From assembly GCA_010909165.1 (NCBI GenBank), contig MU008195.1, forward strand, positions 518,663-582,662: a stretch of 64,000 bases of DNA, written 5' to 3'. The position numbers and the translations under genes are program-made. This document shows, one piece after another, positions 21,901-35,274 of this stretch. The notes below the pieces were generated by a model, which was not told where the DNA came from, did no database searches, and saw only the letters and a program-made list of their open reading frames with translations. The first letter of the stretch is position 1; each line of letters begins with the position of its first letter. The DNA comes from Anthoceros angustus. Taxonomy: Eukaryota > Plantae > Anthocerotophyta.

Positions 21901-24900
21901 GATGCACATCGATTGCAATAATTATCTTATCGATTTACAACATATCCTCTTTTGTTTTAATAAATTTAAGGCTTTATAAAATAAAAGTTACAAACGTGCC
22001 CAACACGTCCTTACTCGGTCTCTCAAGAGAATGTCCTTACAGCATTACTTAGATCGAATGGCGGAAGAACCCAAGAGGCTCCAAGCTTTGATCGCATCTA
22101 GACATTACTTGACTAATTTGTATTATCCATGGCCACGGAGAGGCTCCAAGCTTCGATCGGATCTAGATGTTAATGGACTAATTTATCGTATCCATGGCCA
22201 TGGCATGCACTCTATCAAGAAGCGTCTTCTCCACGTGACAACTAGAGTCGAAGTGTCTTCTCCACAATGACGACTAGAGTCGAAGTGTCTTCTCCATGAC
22301 GGTGGAATCGGATCATCTTCTCCACAACGTGGAATCGAGGCTGTCTTCTCCACATCGAATGAAGTGCCTTCTCCACATACGGTGGAATCGGAAGTGTCTT
22401 CTCCATAGCAAGCTGGAATTAATATTGCTACGAAATATATAGGACTTATTTGTTGTATCCATGGCCACACCTGCGGGACTCGGGACTCTAGAGCCGGTAG
22501 AGAGGCAAGGAAGTATACAGTTTCATGGCATAGCTTGTGGAATGGTTTCATGGGGGCATTCGATTCAAGATTTCATTATTCCTAGTCCAAGAGTTATAAT
22601 GGGCATATATCGTCCCTTTCCATGCATGCTTGCTTGTATGTGACCACGAAACATTATTCTACGTGGATACACAAATTCTTCATATGTGACTTCCTTTTCA
22701 AAGGTGATAATGTCTTGAACTTTTGGGAGATTTGACCATACATAAAGCTCATTGAGACTTTCAACCATATCTTTGACTCTATCTTCGTCAACTAAAACTT
22801 TATTACTAATTAGCATCTCATCATGGTAGGGTCTAAAGTTGACTTCATAGAGGCAATAGAGAACAATGGATGTCACAAGATGTGGAAGTGATAATAATAT
22901 TTGATAAGCCATGATTTACGTATTTGGATCTCCATTCATAAATCCCCATATGTTAATGTGCAAAGTGTGAGTTTTTGGAACATACTTCCAATTTTGCCAT
23001 GCTTGACATTACTCATATACTTCATAATAATTTGTTCTTGTAAGTCAAGTGGAAGATTACAAATGATTCAAAAGACCCATAACTTTGTCTTGGATTGGCT
23101 TTTGTCCTCGTAAGTCAAATGAAAGATAAAGAATAAGACTTTATCTTGGATTATTATGATTCGCGATCAACCAAATAAGCTCTATGAAAGGTTGGAATTA
23201 TAGCCTTGAAGAGTGCATAACATCTATAGGTAATCACACGATTACTTTTGAATACGATAATTAGCGAACCCATATACCACATATATAGCCTCTCTTTTTC
23301 GATAAACTCTGCGCTTTGTAAAATAAATAGTTACAAATGTGCCGAGCAAGTCCTATCTCGGTGTCTCAAGTCAACGTCCTCACGAGGATTCCTCAAAATC
23401 GAAGATGAGGAAGAACCGGAGATGTTCCAAGCTCCGATCGGATTTGGGCATTTGGACCGATTTGTAGTGTCCACAGCCACGGCACCACTCCACAGATAGC
23501 CTCAGCATGGATCACCTCCAACTCCCTCTTGGCGAATGTCTCGGGGTCCGCGGATAGGCATCGCGATCGTAGTCGCCAGGAATTCTCCTTCGTATGATGG
23601 AGTGTTGGCGGAGAAGGGCCTAGCCACTTGGGATGGTCGAGGCCATACGGATGCAGCAAGAAGGAGTTCTGATTGCAGTTAGCAAGATCCGGAAGAATTT
23701 TGAACACTTCTCCGGTTTCACTCCGACTTATGAACACACGTGTGGGCGTGGAGATACTAGTAAGCTGCAGCCCCAAATTATCAATTGCATCTAATTTGTG
23801 AAGAGGCAAAAGAAACATTGTTCCTTGGGTCTCCAACCTATTTTCTACTCAAAATCTTAACTTGGGTGCGGTAGAAACTTGTTGGTTTTGTTGCGCGATG
23901 GTTTGGATGACCTTGCCAATGGCTAGTAAGACCCTTGAAGCCCAATTTGAGCTTGTGTTGCAGCAAAAGGTGACCTTGGATTTTTCTGCTGCAAGGTGAC
24001 CTTGGATTTTCTTTGCTTTATGACCAGGTGACCTTGGATTTTGCCATCGTGGACACCTTCATAAATCCTCATGACGTCGGTTCCACTACTCCCGATGCCA
24101 ATTTGAAACACCCATGTGTAGCGGTGGCCTGGTTACAGAACTAGGATACAAGCAGTGAAGCCGCAATGTTGTGGGATGGGATTCCGTTGCCCTAAGGCGT
24201 TCGGTGCTGGCCAAATAGACAGATGTAGTTTAGCCCTTCCAACTCGCTAGTCGTTCGGGCCTTTGGGAATTTCTTAGAACGTACTAATAGGTTTGCGGTC
24301 AAGGATCGGAAGGCCTCCTCCATAAGCGAGGCGTGAGGATGAACACTCATTGCGGGCTTGAGGGGTCATAGTGGCATAGTTGTCATGTGTGCATGGACTC
24401 AAGAAGGAGGAGTGCACTCCGTCTGAGACATGATCGGGGCAAGTTAAGCCGCAATAACTCAAGAATTCAACGAGGTCCTCAATAATCGAGTGAAAATATG
24501 TGTAGCTTAGTAGGGTAATTTTCAGATTTATTCGATTAAAAGATCCTAGAAAAAGCCCGTCAATTAGGGGTCAACGCTTTGACATGGGTGATATACTTCT
24601 TGTGGTCCTCCCTTCAAGGAGTGGCATGTAGACTTCATGGGTGATATACTTCTTGTGGTCCTCCCTTCAAGGAGTGGCATGCAGACTTGGTTCACTGGAA
24701 CTCCACAGTCTTGAAAGCGTCCTTGGGACGGATCAGTACTCGGGTGGGTGGCATCCATTCCTAGCTCCATGGCCCTGTGGATTATAAATCATGCCCTTAT
24801 CGCCTTGTTTGAGTGCCTACGGGCCTACTCCATATCAAACATTAAACTTCCGGTCACGGGACTTGATGTACACTTTGAAATATCAATACCAAATTCTTTG

Positions 24901-27900
24901 CACTTTGAAATATCTATGTAAAGTCTCCAAATTCTCTACACTTTGAAATATCTACATATAAAGTCTCCAAATTCTCTAACAAGATAAGCTTCGTATGATC
25001 TTCATACATGACATGTTTATCCATAAGGATGGAGCAAAAGGAAAAGCTTTTAGTAGATAACTTCACTTTCACCTTCCCATATGTACTACTCAGGTGCCAT
25101 TCACAAATATGATACGAAGCAAGGCATTTTTGACCACGTCGCCCAGTCCGCCTCTTTTTGGGACAGACGGTCTCGTTAAGTGCCGATCTAAAATAGGACC
25201 CAAGGACCACCGGTCAATGAGCAGGACTATACTAGACTTATGCCCGATGAATAGATGTTGATGCATTAGACATAAATTTCTTGATTCTATATGTTTCATT
25301 GAATATTTTAATATTACTATGTCCTCTTCCAAGCTTTGTAGCGAAAGTGGTATCAAAAGCAAAGTAAAATGATTCTTATCTATTTACAAAAAGGAAAATG
25401 ATATGAGAAGCAAAGACAAAAGATGGGAAGGTGAGAGATGTCACTCCATGAAGTCCAATGATGCCACCAATGGGTAAATGAAATGTCGTTTCTCAAATTT
25501 TTGGGCGAGCCATGAAGTCACATAATACCACGAATGGGTAAATGAAGTAATACATTTTCTCAATCGCTTGGATAAGCTACGTAGGATTGTGTCTTAAGGG
25601 TTAAGTAAGTGTCTTTTCTTCTTCTTCGTTACGTATCAAAGGTTGAGGTATTGGTTTTAATATTTTCTTCCCAAGATTGAGCCACTACGTAGCATTGGGA
25701 GTCAAGTGGGAAGATCTTCCGTTAAAGTCTCACTATCTTGAGCCATCATTTAATGGTAACTATCTGCGGTTCCTTGAAATTCTTTGCTTAAAACATTTGA
25801 TGGTGACTTCATCGTCCTCTTAGAAATATCTCGCTATCTTGAGCCAATCTTCGCCTATCTTAGACCATTTGATGGTAACTCTGTTTCGCCTTGAAATTCT
25901 TTGCTTAAACTATTGGATGGTGACTCCATTGCCCTCACCTTGGAAATATTTTTATGGTCCCTTTACGATCTTGCTTATACGTGACTATAAAGCATTATTC
26001 TACAAGGATGCACATCGATTGCAATAATTATCTTATCGATTTACAACATATCCTCTTTTGTTTTTAATAAATTTAAGGCTTTATAAAATAAAAGTTACAA
26101 ACGTGCCCAACACGTCCTTACTCGGTCTCTCAAGAGAATGTCCTTACAGATTACTTAGATCGAATGGCGGAAGAACCCAAGAGGCTCCAAGCTTTGATCG
26201 CATCTAGACATTACTTGACTAATTTGTCGTATCCATGGCCACGGTAGAGGCTCCAAGCTTTGATCGCATCTAGACATTACTTGACTAATTTATCGTATCC
26301 ATGGCCATGGCATGCACTCTATCAAGAAGCGTCTTCTCCACATGACAACTAGAGTCGAAGTGTCTTCTCCACAATGACGAGTCGAAGTGTCTTCTCCACG
26401 GTGACTGGAATCGAGGATCTTCTCCACAGCAATTTGGAATCGAAGTGTCTTCTCCACATAGAATCGGTGCACATATTGGAATCGAAGTGTCTTCTCCATA
26501 GCAAGTGGAATTAATATTGCTCTGAAATATATAGGACTTATTTGTTGTATCCATGGCCACGACACACGCTGCGCCAGACTCGGGACTCTAGAGCCGGCTA
26601 GAGAGGCAAGGAAGTATGTTTCATGGCATAGCTTGTGGAATGGTTTCATGGGGGCATTCGATTCAAGATTTCATTATTCCTAGTCCAAGAGTTATAATGG
26701 GCATATATCGTCCCTTTCCATGCATGCTTGCTTGTATGTGACCACGAAACATTATTCTACTGGATACACAAATTCTTCATATGTGACTTCCTTTTCAAAG
26801 GTGATAATGTCTTGAACTTTTGGGAGATTTGACCATACATAAAGCTCATTGAGACTTTCAACCATATCTTTGACTCTATCTTCGTCAACTAAAACTTTAT
26901 TACTAATTAGCATCTCATCATGGTAGGGTCTAAAGTTGACTTCATAGAGGCAATAGAGAACAATGGATGTCACAAGATGTGGAAGTGATAATAATATTTG
27001 ATAAGCCATGATTTACGTATTTGGATCTCCATTCATAAATCCCCATATGTTAATGTGCAAAGTGTGAGTTTTGGAACATACTTCCAATTTTGCCATGCTT
27101 GACATTACTCATATACTTCATAATAATTTGTTCTTGTAAGTCAAGTGGAAGATTACAAGCAGTTCAAAAGACCCATAACTTTGTCTTGGATTGGCTTTTG
27201 TCCTCGTAAGTCAAATGAAAGATAAAGAATAAGACTTTATCTTGGATTATTATGATTACGATCAACCAAATAAGCTCTATGAAAGGTTGGAATTATAGCC
27301 TTGAAGAGTGCATAACATCTATAGGTAATCACACGATTACTTTTGAATACGATAATTAGCGAACCCATATACCACATATATAGCCTCTCTTTTTCGATAA
27401 ACTCTGCGCTTTGTAAAATAAATAGTTACAAATGTGCCGAGCAAGTCCTATCTCGGTGTCTCAAGTCAACGTCCACGAGGATTCCTCAAATCGAAGATGA
27501 GGAAGAACGAGATGTTCCAAGCTCCGATCGGATTTGGGCATTTACGATTTATAATGTCCACGCACGCATGCTGTCACTCCACAAAGATAGCCCGCATGGA
27601 TCACCTCCAACTCCTGTTCTTGGCGAATGTCTCGGGTCCGCGGATAGGCCGGGCAGCCGCGATCGTGTCGCCGAATTCTCCTTCGTATGATGGAGTGTTG
27701 GCGGAGAAGGGCCTAGCCACTTGGGATGGTCAGGCCATACCGGATGCAGCAAGAAGGAGTTCTACATGCAGATTAGCAAGATCCGGAAGAATTTTGAACA
27801 CTTCTCCGGTTTCCTCCGACTTATGAACACAACGGTGAAATTTGGGCGTGGAGATACTAGTAAGCAGCCCCAAATTATCAATTGCATCTAATTTGTGAAG

Positions 27901-30871
27901 AGGCAAAAGAAACATTGTTCCTTGGGTCTCCAACCTATTTTCTCAAAATCTTAACTTGGGTGCGGTAGAAACTTGTTGGTTTTGTTGCGGCGATGGTTTG
28001 GATGACCTTGCCAATGGCTAGTAAGACCCTTGAAGCCCAATTTGAGCTTGTGTTGCAGCAAAGGTGACCTTGGATTTTTCTTTGCGCTGGTGACCTTGGA
28101 TTTTGCTGCAGCCAAGGTGACCTTGGATTTTGCTGATGTTGCCACGCGGACACCTTCATAAATCCTCATGGCGAGTCGGTTCCACTACTCCGATGCCAAT
28201 TTGAAACACCCATGTGTAGCCTGGTGGCCACTGTTACACTGCGAACTAGGATACAAACGCAGTGAAGCCGCAATGTTGTGGGATGGGATTCCATTGCCCT
28301 AAGGCGTTCGCGGGCGCGCCAAATAGACAGATGTAGTTTAGCCCTTCCAACTCGCTAGTCGTTCGCCTTTGGGAATTTCTTAGAACGTACTAATAGGTTT
28401 GCGAGTCAAGGATCGGGAAGGCCTCCTCCATAAGCGAGGCTGAGGATGAACACTCATTGCGGGCTTGAGGCGGTCATAGTGGCATAGTTGTCATGTGTGC
28501 ATGGACTCAAGAAGGGAGGAGTGCACTCCCGTCGAGACATGATCGGGGCAAGTTAAGCACGCAATAACTCAAGAATTCAACGAGGTCCTCAATAATCGAG
28601 TGAAAATATGTGTAGCTTAGTAGGGTAATTTTCAGATTTATTCGATTAAAAGATCCTAGAAAAAGCCCGTCAATTAGGGGTCAACGCTTTGACATGGGTG
28701 ATATACTTCTTGTGGTCCTCCCTTCAAGGAGTGGCATGCACACTTCATGGGTGATATACTTCTTGTGGTCCTCCTTCAAGGAGTGGCATGCACTTGGTTC
28801 TGGAACTCCACAGTCTTGAAAGCGTCCTTGGGACGGATCGATTACTCGGTGGGTGGCATCCATTCCTAGCTCCATGGCCCTTGGATTATAAATCATGCCC
28901 TTATGCGCGCTTGTTAGTGGTTCTGCCTACTCCATATCAAACATTAAACTTCCGGTGCGGGACTTGATGTACACTTTGAAATATCAATACCAAATTCTTT
29001 GCACTTTGAAATATCTATGTAAAGTCTCCAAATCTCTACACTTTGAAATATCTACATATAAAGTCTCCAAATTCTAACAAGATAAGCTTCAGATGATCTT
29101 CATACATGACATGTTTATCCATAAGGATGGAGCAAAAGGAAAAGCTTTTAGTAGATAACTTCACTTTCACCTTCCCATATGTACTACTAATGCCATTCAC
29201 AAATATGATACAAGGCATTTTTGACCACGTCAGCCCAGATCCTGCCCTCTTTTTAGACGGGCGGTCTCGTTAAGTGCCGATCTAAAATAGGACCCAAGGA
29301 CCTGGTCAATGAGCAGACTATACTAGACTTATGCCCGATGAATAGATGTTGATGCATTAGACATAAATTTCTTGATTCTATATGTTTCATTGAATATTTT
29401 AATATTACTATGTCCTCTTCCAAGCTTTGTAGCGAAAGTGGTATCAAAAGCAAAGTAAAATGATTCTTATCTATTTACAAAAAGGAAAATGATATGAGAA
29501 GCAAAGACAAAAGATGGGAAGCAGTGAGGATGTCACTCCATGAAGTCCAATGATGCCACCAATGGGTAAATGAAGTAATACGTTTCTCAAATTTTTGGAG
29601 TGAGCCATGAAGTCACATAATACCACGAATGGGTAAATGAAGTAATACATTTTCTCAATCGCTTGGAGACTGAAGCTACGTAGGATTGTGTCTTAAGGGT
29701 TAAGTAAGTGTCTTTTCTTCTTCTTCTACGTTACGTATCAAAAGGTTGAGGTATTGGTTTTTATATTTTCTTCCCAGCATTGAGCCACTACGTAGCATTG
29801 GGAGACTGTCAAGTGGGAAGATCTTCGTTAAAGTCTCACTATCTTGAGCCATCATTTAATGGTAACTATCTCTGAGTTCTGAAATTCTTTGCTTAAAACA
29901 TTTGATGGTGACTTCATCGTCCTCGCCTTAGAAATATCTCGCTATCTTGAGCCAATCTTCGCCTATCTTAGACCATTTGATGGTAACTCTGGTCCTTGAA
30001 ATTCTTTGCTTAAACTATTGGATGGTGACTCCATTGCCCTCACCTTGGAAATATTTTTATGGTCCCTTTACGATCTTGCTTATACGTGACTACAAAGCAT
30101 TATTCTACAAGGATGCACATCGATTGCAATAATTATCTTATCGATTTACAACATATCCTCTTTTGTTTTTAATAAATTTAAGGCTTTATAAAATAAAAGT
30201 TACAAACGTGCCCAACACGTCCTTACTCGGTCTCTCAAGAGAATGTCCTTACAAGACTTAGATCGAATGGCCGGAAGAACCCAAGAGGCTCCAAGCTTTG
30301 ATCGCATCTAGACATTACTTGACTAATTTGTCGTATCCATGGCCACGGTAGAGGCTCCAAGCTTGATCGGATCTAGATGTTAATGGACTAATTTATCGTA
30401 TCCATGGCCATGGCATGCACTCTATCAAGAAGCGTCTTCTCCACAATGACGACTAGAGTCGTGAACTAGAGTCGAAGTGTCTTCTCCATAGCAAATTGGA
30501 ATCGAGAAGTGTCTTCTCCATGTCAGGAATCGAAGTGCCTTCTCCACAATAATGAATCGAAGTGTCTTCTCCACATACGATGGAGAATCGGAAGTGTCTT
30601 CTCCATAGCAAGCACCGAATTAATATTGCTACGAAATATATAGGACTTATTTGTTGTATCCATGGCCACAACACGACACCGCTGGACTCGGGACTCTAGA
30701 GCCAGGCTAGAGAGAGGCAAGGAAGTATCTGAGTTTCATGGCATAGCTTGTGGAATGGTTTCATGGGGGCATTCGATTCAAGATTTCATTATTCCTAGTC
30801 CAAGAGTTATAATGGGCATATATCGTCCCTTTCCATGCATGCTTGCTTGTATGTGACCACGAAACATTATT

Positions 30872-31294
30872 CTACGGATACACAAATTCTTCATATGTGA
30901 CTTCCTTTTCAAAGGTGATGATGTCTTGAACTTTTGGGAGATTTGACCATACATAAAGCTCATTGAGACTTTCAACCATATCTTTGACTCTATCTTCGTC
31001 AACTAAAACTTTATTACTAATTAGCATCTCATCATGGTAGGGTCTAAAGTTGACTTCATAGAGGCAATACATTACAATGGATGTCACAAGATGTGGAAGT
31101 GATAATAATATTTGATAAGCCATGATTTCTGTATTTGGATCTCCATTCATAAATCCCCATATGTTAATGTGCAAAGTGTGAGTTTTTGGAACATACTTCC
31201 AATTTTGCCATGCTTCGACATTACTCATATACTTCATAATAATTTGTTCTTGTAAGTCAAGTGGAAGATTACAAACAGATTCAAAAAGACCCAT
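30872..31294 (-). CDS. Repeat-unit ORF with N-terminal F-box-like motif (best-preserved copy)
   Basis: MGLFESVCNLPLDLQEQIIMKY... runs 140 aa open here. The same peptide appears broken by single indels at ~22565-23090, ~26650-27170, ~35950-36480, ~41615-42130 and ~55456-55966. Confidence 0.45.
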   Translation of the reverse strand: MGLFESVCNLPLDLQEQIIMKYMSNVEAWQNWKYVPKTHTLHINIWGFMNGDPNTEIMAYQILLSLPHLVTSIVMYCLYEVNFRPYHDEMLISNKVLVDEDRVKDMVESLNELYVWSNLPKVQDIITFEKEVTYEEFVYP

Positions 31295-32788
31295 AACTTT
31301 GTCTTGGATTGGCTTTTGTCCTCGTAAGTCAAATGAAAGATAAAGAATAAGACTTTATCTTGGATTATTATGATTCGCCGATCAACCAAATAAGCTCTAT
31401 GAAAGGTTGGAATTATAGCCTTGAAGAGTGCAGAACATCTAGAGGTAATCACACGATTACTTTTCAATACGATAATTAGCGAACCCATATACCACATATA
31501 TAGCCTCTCTTTTTCGATAAACTCTGCGCTTTGTAAAATAAATAGTTACAAATGTGCCGAGCAAGTCCTATCTCGGTGTCTCAAGTCAACGCCCCACGAG
31601 ATTCCTCAAATCGAAGATGAGGAAGAACCGAGAGATGTTCCAAGCTCCGATCGGATTTGGGCATTTTACGGACCGATTTGTAGTGTCCTCACACGCACAT
31701 ACTCCACAGCCTAGCCAGCAGTATGGATCACCTCCAACTCCTGTTCTTGGCGAATGTCTCGGGTCCGCGGATAGGCCCGGTCAGGCGATCGTAGTCGCCG
31801 GAATTCTCCTTCAAGTATGATGGAGTGTTGGCGGAGAAGGGCCTAGCCACTTGGGATGGTCGGGGCCATACCGGATGCGAAGAAGGAGTTCTGGGTGCGG
31901 ATTAGCAAGATCCGGAAGAATTTTGAACACTTCTCCGCCACTCCTTATGAACACAATGGGCGTGGAGATACTAGTAAGCTGCAGCCCCAAATTATCAATT
32001 GCATCTAATTTGTGAAGAGGCAAAAGAAACATTGTTCCTTGGGTCTCCAACCTATTTTCTGCTCAAAATCTTAACTTGGGTGCGGTAGAAACTTGTTGGT
32101 TTTGTTGCGGCGGTGGTTTGGATGACCTTGCCAATGGCTAGTAAGACCCTTGAAGCCCAATTTGAGCTTGTGTTGCAGCAAAGGTGACCTTGGATTTTGC
32201 TTTGCAGCCAAGGTGACCTTGGATTTTGTTGCTGCAGCCAAGGTGACCTTGGATTTTGCTGATGTTGCCATACGCGGATTTTCTTCATAAATCCTCATGA
32301 CGTCCGGTTCCACTACTCCCGATGCCAATTTGAAACACCCATGTGTAGCACTGGTGGCCACTGTTACACTGCGAACTAGGATACAAACGAGTGAAGCCGC
32401 AATGTTGTGGGATGGGATTCCATTGCCCTAAGGCGTTCGCGGACTGCTGGCCAAATAGACAGCATGTAGTTTAGCCCCTTCCAGCTCGGTAGTCGTTCAG
32501 GCCTTTGGGAATTTCTTAGAACGTACTAATAGGTTTGCAGGTCAAGGATCGGGAAGGCCTCCTCCATAAGCGAGGCAGCGAGGATGAACACTCATTGCGG
32601 GCTTGAGGGGCGGTCATAGTGGCATAGTTGTCATGTGTGCATGGACTCAAGAAGGAGGAGTGCACTCCCGTCTGAGACATGATCGGGCAAGTTAAGCGCA
32701 ATAACTCAAGAATTCAACGAGGTCCTCAATAATCAGTGAAAATATGTGTAGCTTAGTAGGGTAATTTTCAGATTTATTCGATTAAAAG

Positions 32789-33255
32789 ATCCTAGAATTG
32801 CTATCTTTGCATGCATTCTTTTATGCTAACATTTCTCTTCTAACAATGCTTTTATGCACTAATTCTTTGTTCTTCCTCCATGGATTTGTGTTCCCTTAGA
32901 AGGAGAAGGCATAGAGTTAAGAAGAGAAGTAGTCCTGCAAGACAACAAGAACAAATTAGGAGCCCAACACATAGAAGCAATAGAAGACAAGCTATAGAGG
33001 GAGAGATAGTAGAAACCTCCTCTTGTATAGCAAACTTCATTGCATCTATTTTAATTTCTAAACCGGATCAAGGGAAGTTTATCAAGCTAGCTAGGCGTGA
33101 TTTGCTAGAAGTTTTAGTCCAATTCACGTCAAGGCATTAGAATTAGCTCCAACATATCCCAATTTGAATGGGGTATTAGTACTCCTTTATCTTCTAGTCG
33201 CAAGACAAAAATAGCATAGAAACTCTTAGATTTCAAGAAATTGATAGTCAATTAG
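32789..33255 (+). mobile_element. Displaced copy of copia 5' leader inside array unit
   Basis: Matches 34278-34745; enters and leaves array sequence at ATCCTAGAA and GTCAATTAG. Confidence 0.8.
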
Positions 33256-34266
33256 GGGTCAACGCTGACATGGGTGATATACTTCTTGTGGTCCTCCCTT
33301 CAAGGAGTGGCATGCAGACTTCATGGGTGATATACTTCTTGTGGTCCTCCCTTCAAGGAGTGGCATGCACTTGGTTCACTGGAACTCCGTCTTGAAAGCG
33401 TCCTTGGGACGGATCGGTGCTCGGGTGGGTGGCATCCATTCCTAGCTCCATGGCCCCTGTGGATTATAAATCATGCCCTTATGTCTGCCGCCATTGTTAG
33501 GTCACGGGCCTACTCCATATCAAACATTAAACTTCCAAAGCGGGACTTGATGTACACTTTGAAATATCAATACCAAATTCTTTGCACTTTGAAATATCTA
33601 TGTAAAGTCTCCAAATTCTCTACACTTTGAAATATCTACATATAAAGTCTCCAAATTCTCTAACAAGATAAGCTTCAGATGATCTTCATACATGACATGT
33701 TTATCCATAAGGATGGAGCAAAAGGAAAAGCTTTTAGTAGATAACTTCACTTTCACCTTCCCATATGTACTACTACCGTGCCATTCACAAATATGATACG
33801 AAGCAAGGCATTTTTGACCACGTCGAGCCCAGTCTGCCCTCTTTTCGGGGCAGACGGTCTCGTTAAGTGCCGATCTAAAATAGGACCCAAGGACCACCGG
33901 TCAATGAGCAGACTATACTAGACTTATGCCCGATGAATAGATGTTGATGCATTAGACATAAATTTCTTGATTCTATATGTTTCATTGAATATTTTAATAT
34001 TACTATGTCCTCTTCCAAGCTTTGTAGCGAAAGTGGTATCAAAAGCAAAGTAAAATGATTCTTATCTATTTACAAAAAGGAAAATGATATGAGAAGCAAA
34101 GACAAAAGATGGGACGATGAGGGATGTCACTCCATGAAGTCCAATGATGCCACCAATGGGTAAATGAAGTCGTTTCTCAAATTTTTGGGCGGAGCCATGA
34201 AGTCACATAATACCACGAATGGGTAAATGAAGTAATACATTTTCTCAATCGCTTGGAGGAAACTCA

Positions 34267-35274
34267 GGATTGTGTTTATCCTAGAATTGCTATCTTTGCA
34301 TGCATTCATTCTTTTATGCTAACATTTCTCTTCTAACAATGCTTTTATGCACTAATTCTTTGTTCTTCCTCCATGGATTGTGTTCCCTTAGAAGGAGAAG
34401 GCATAGAGTTAAGAAGAGAAGTAGTCCTGCAAGACAACAAGAACAAATTAGGAGCCCAACACATAGAAGCAATAGAAGACATCAAGCTATAGAGGAGAGA
34501 TAGTAGAAACCTCCTCTTGTATAGCAAACTTCATTGCATCTATTTTAATTTCTAAACCGGATCGAAGTTTATCAAGCTAGCTAGGCGTGATTTGCTAGAA
34601 GTTTTAGTCCAATTCACGTCAAGGCATTAGAATTAGCTCTCCAACATATCCCAAATTTGAATCGGTATTAGTACTCCTTTATCTTCTAGTCGCAAGACAA
34701 AATAGCATAGAAACTCTTAGATTTCAAGAAATTGATAGTCAATTAGCAACTCTTAGAATCCAATCCTTTGATCTTAAGGAGAATTATCTGAATTAAGGAC
34801 AAAATTGTCTATTCTCTAAGGTTGATAATGCGAGATTTGAGAGCATGCTATCATCATCCGGATTATGATGCAAGAGAAGAGTTTCGTGCATGCAATAGAA
34901 GATGAGATGTCTGCGAGGCCTAGTCCTCTAAATCACCTACAATGGCTGGAGATCAATAATGAAGAACAAAGCTCCTAATTCCATTGGGTAATGATAATGC
35001 TAACACTTCATTGCATTATCATTATGGTGAGATTTCAAAGATAGATTCAATGGAAGGGATTATGACATCGGTCATTGAGAATGCGAGGAGCTTTGCGGCA
35101 AAGGGGGCATCGTCGATGGATCAATTCCAAGGCCACACGCCCGATTTGAACGTGAACTTCAACCTTCCGGGACGCGGGGCGAGAAGGCACAAGATTTATT
35201 GGTCGGTGGACTTTCTCAACATATGGTGAGACATGTCGCTGCAAAGACCTCCAAGGATATGTGGACTCACCTTG
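34267..35274 (+). mobile_element. Displaced copia leader plus gag 5' end
   Basis: Continues directly from 43632-43652. Encodes DRFNGRDYD...IVDGSIPRP-type gag start across frameshifts and ends at CTCACCTTG, where 47261 continues. Confidence 0.85.

Noticed and set aside
23640-23700. 5S rRNA-like words (GGAGTTCTGAT..GATCCGG; AGTTAAGCACGC) in the unit
   Set aside because: The matches are short, non-colinear and on inconsistent strands; no 120-nt 5S gene can be built.
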